Shown piece by piece: positions 63,387-64,000 of a stretch of DNA of 64,000 bases. How positions within the stretch are numbered: the first letter of the stretch is position 1; each line of letters opens with the position of its first letter. Position numbers and translations under genes: made by a program. This DNA comes from an uncultured Gemmatimonadaceae bacterium. Lineage in GTDB: Bacteria; Gemmatimonadota; Gemmatimonadetes; Gemmatimonadales; Gemmatimonadaceae. The stretch covers positions 1,888,001 to 1,952,000 of the forward strand of contig CAVXGK010000002.1 of the NCBI GenBank assembly GCA_963761305.1, read 5' to 3'. The notes beneath the pieces are model-generated. The model was not told the DNA's origin, ran no database searches, and was given only the letters and a program-made list of their open reading frames with translations.

Positions 63387-64000
63387 CTACGGCCGGCGCG
63401 GACCTTCCATCGTCCCGCCGCCCTGCACGAGCCGCATCTTCGCGACCTTGCCGTTCTCGCTGATGAACGTGACCCGCAGCGACGGATCGAACGACGCGCC
63501 GAACGTCATGTCGCCGGCATAGATGAGAGGGAACTTCCCCTGCCCCGGCCCTTCAGCCTGCGTCATCACCTGCCCGTTCTCGACCATGATGCGCACGACG
63601 AACGTGCCACCGTTGCCGGCAGCGAGCTCGTACACGCCCGGGAGCTGGTCGCGCACGTCGGCCGGCAACGGCATGGCGACGACCGCCTTGGGCGGCTGAA
63701 CGAGCGGCATGCCGAACACCGCGCGCGCGACGTTGAGCAGGAGCCCGTCGGGGCCCGCATCCGCATTGCTGAAGACCACGACGTTTACGCTGTCGTCGGG
63801 GAACCACATGCTCGCCGTCGTGAAACCGTTGATGCCGCCATTGTGGCCGATCGATCGATGCGTACCGACGCTCCCGATCGAGAGCCCAAATCCATACGAG
63901 AATCGCCTACCGCTGTTCAAGGTATCAGGCGTCGTCATGAGGGCGAATGACTTCGCGTTGACGACGCGGCCGCCGGCGAGCGCACGCTGCCAGATCACGA
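63387..64000 (-). CDS. Beta-lactamase-family serine hydrolase, C-terminal part (runs off window end)
   Basis: YGFG, GHNGGINGF, VVFSN plus C-terminal beta domain. Confidence 0.8.
   Translation of the reverse strand, partial: VIWQRALAGGRVVNAKSFALMTTPDTLNSGRRFSYGFGLSIGSVGTHRSIGHNGGINGFTTASMWFPDDSVNVVVFSNADAGPDGLLLNVARAVFGMPLVQPPKAVVAMPLPADVRDQLPGVYELAAGNGGTFVVRIMVENGQVMTQAEGPGQGKFPLIYAGDMTFGASFDPSLRVTFISENGKVAKMRLVQGGGTMEGPRRP

Noticed and set aside
62180..64000. Antibiotic-resistance beta-lactamases
   Set aside because: Generic SxxK serine hydrolase family; nothing indicates true beta-lactamase activity

Overview
GC-rich bacterial chromosomal window. Gene content (three ADOP permeases with two PadR genes, Hanks-type kinases with TolB/TPR tails, RGG-rich secreted hydrolases) suggests Gemmatimonadota or a similar soil lineage; this is inference. 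About 50 CDS were found: peptidases and hydrolases, cydAB, norQ/norD-like, copper amine oxidase, a Mo-oxidoreductase operon and transporters. No rRNA, tRNA, CRISPR array or transposase was seen. Several genes carry single-base frameshifts that look like long-read errors. Most notable: (1) two tandem ~55-aa 'minimal' PEP-CTERM genes with identical signal peptide, near-identical sorting signal and a variable 7-8 aa core, beside a lipoprotein copper amine oxidase and a CAAX-protease-like gene; (2) a hidden AhpD-like selenoprotein (CxxU with a SECIS hairpin) at the end of a 4Fe-4S/NrfD-Mo-oxidoreductase operon; (3) a ~2 kb segment bounded by octamer repeats that holds a helical unknown protein, 21-bp repeats and a ~500-nt densely structured non-coding region; (4) a shared operator-like motif at all three ADOP loci.
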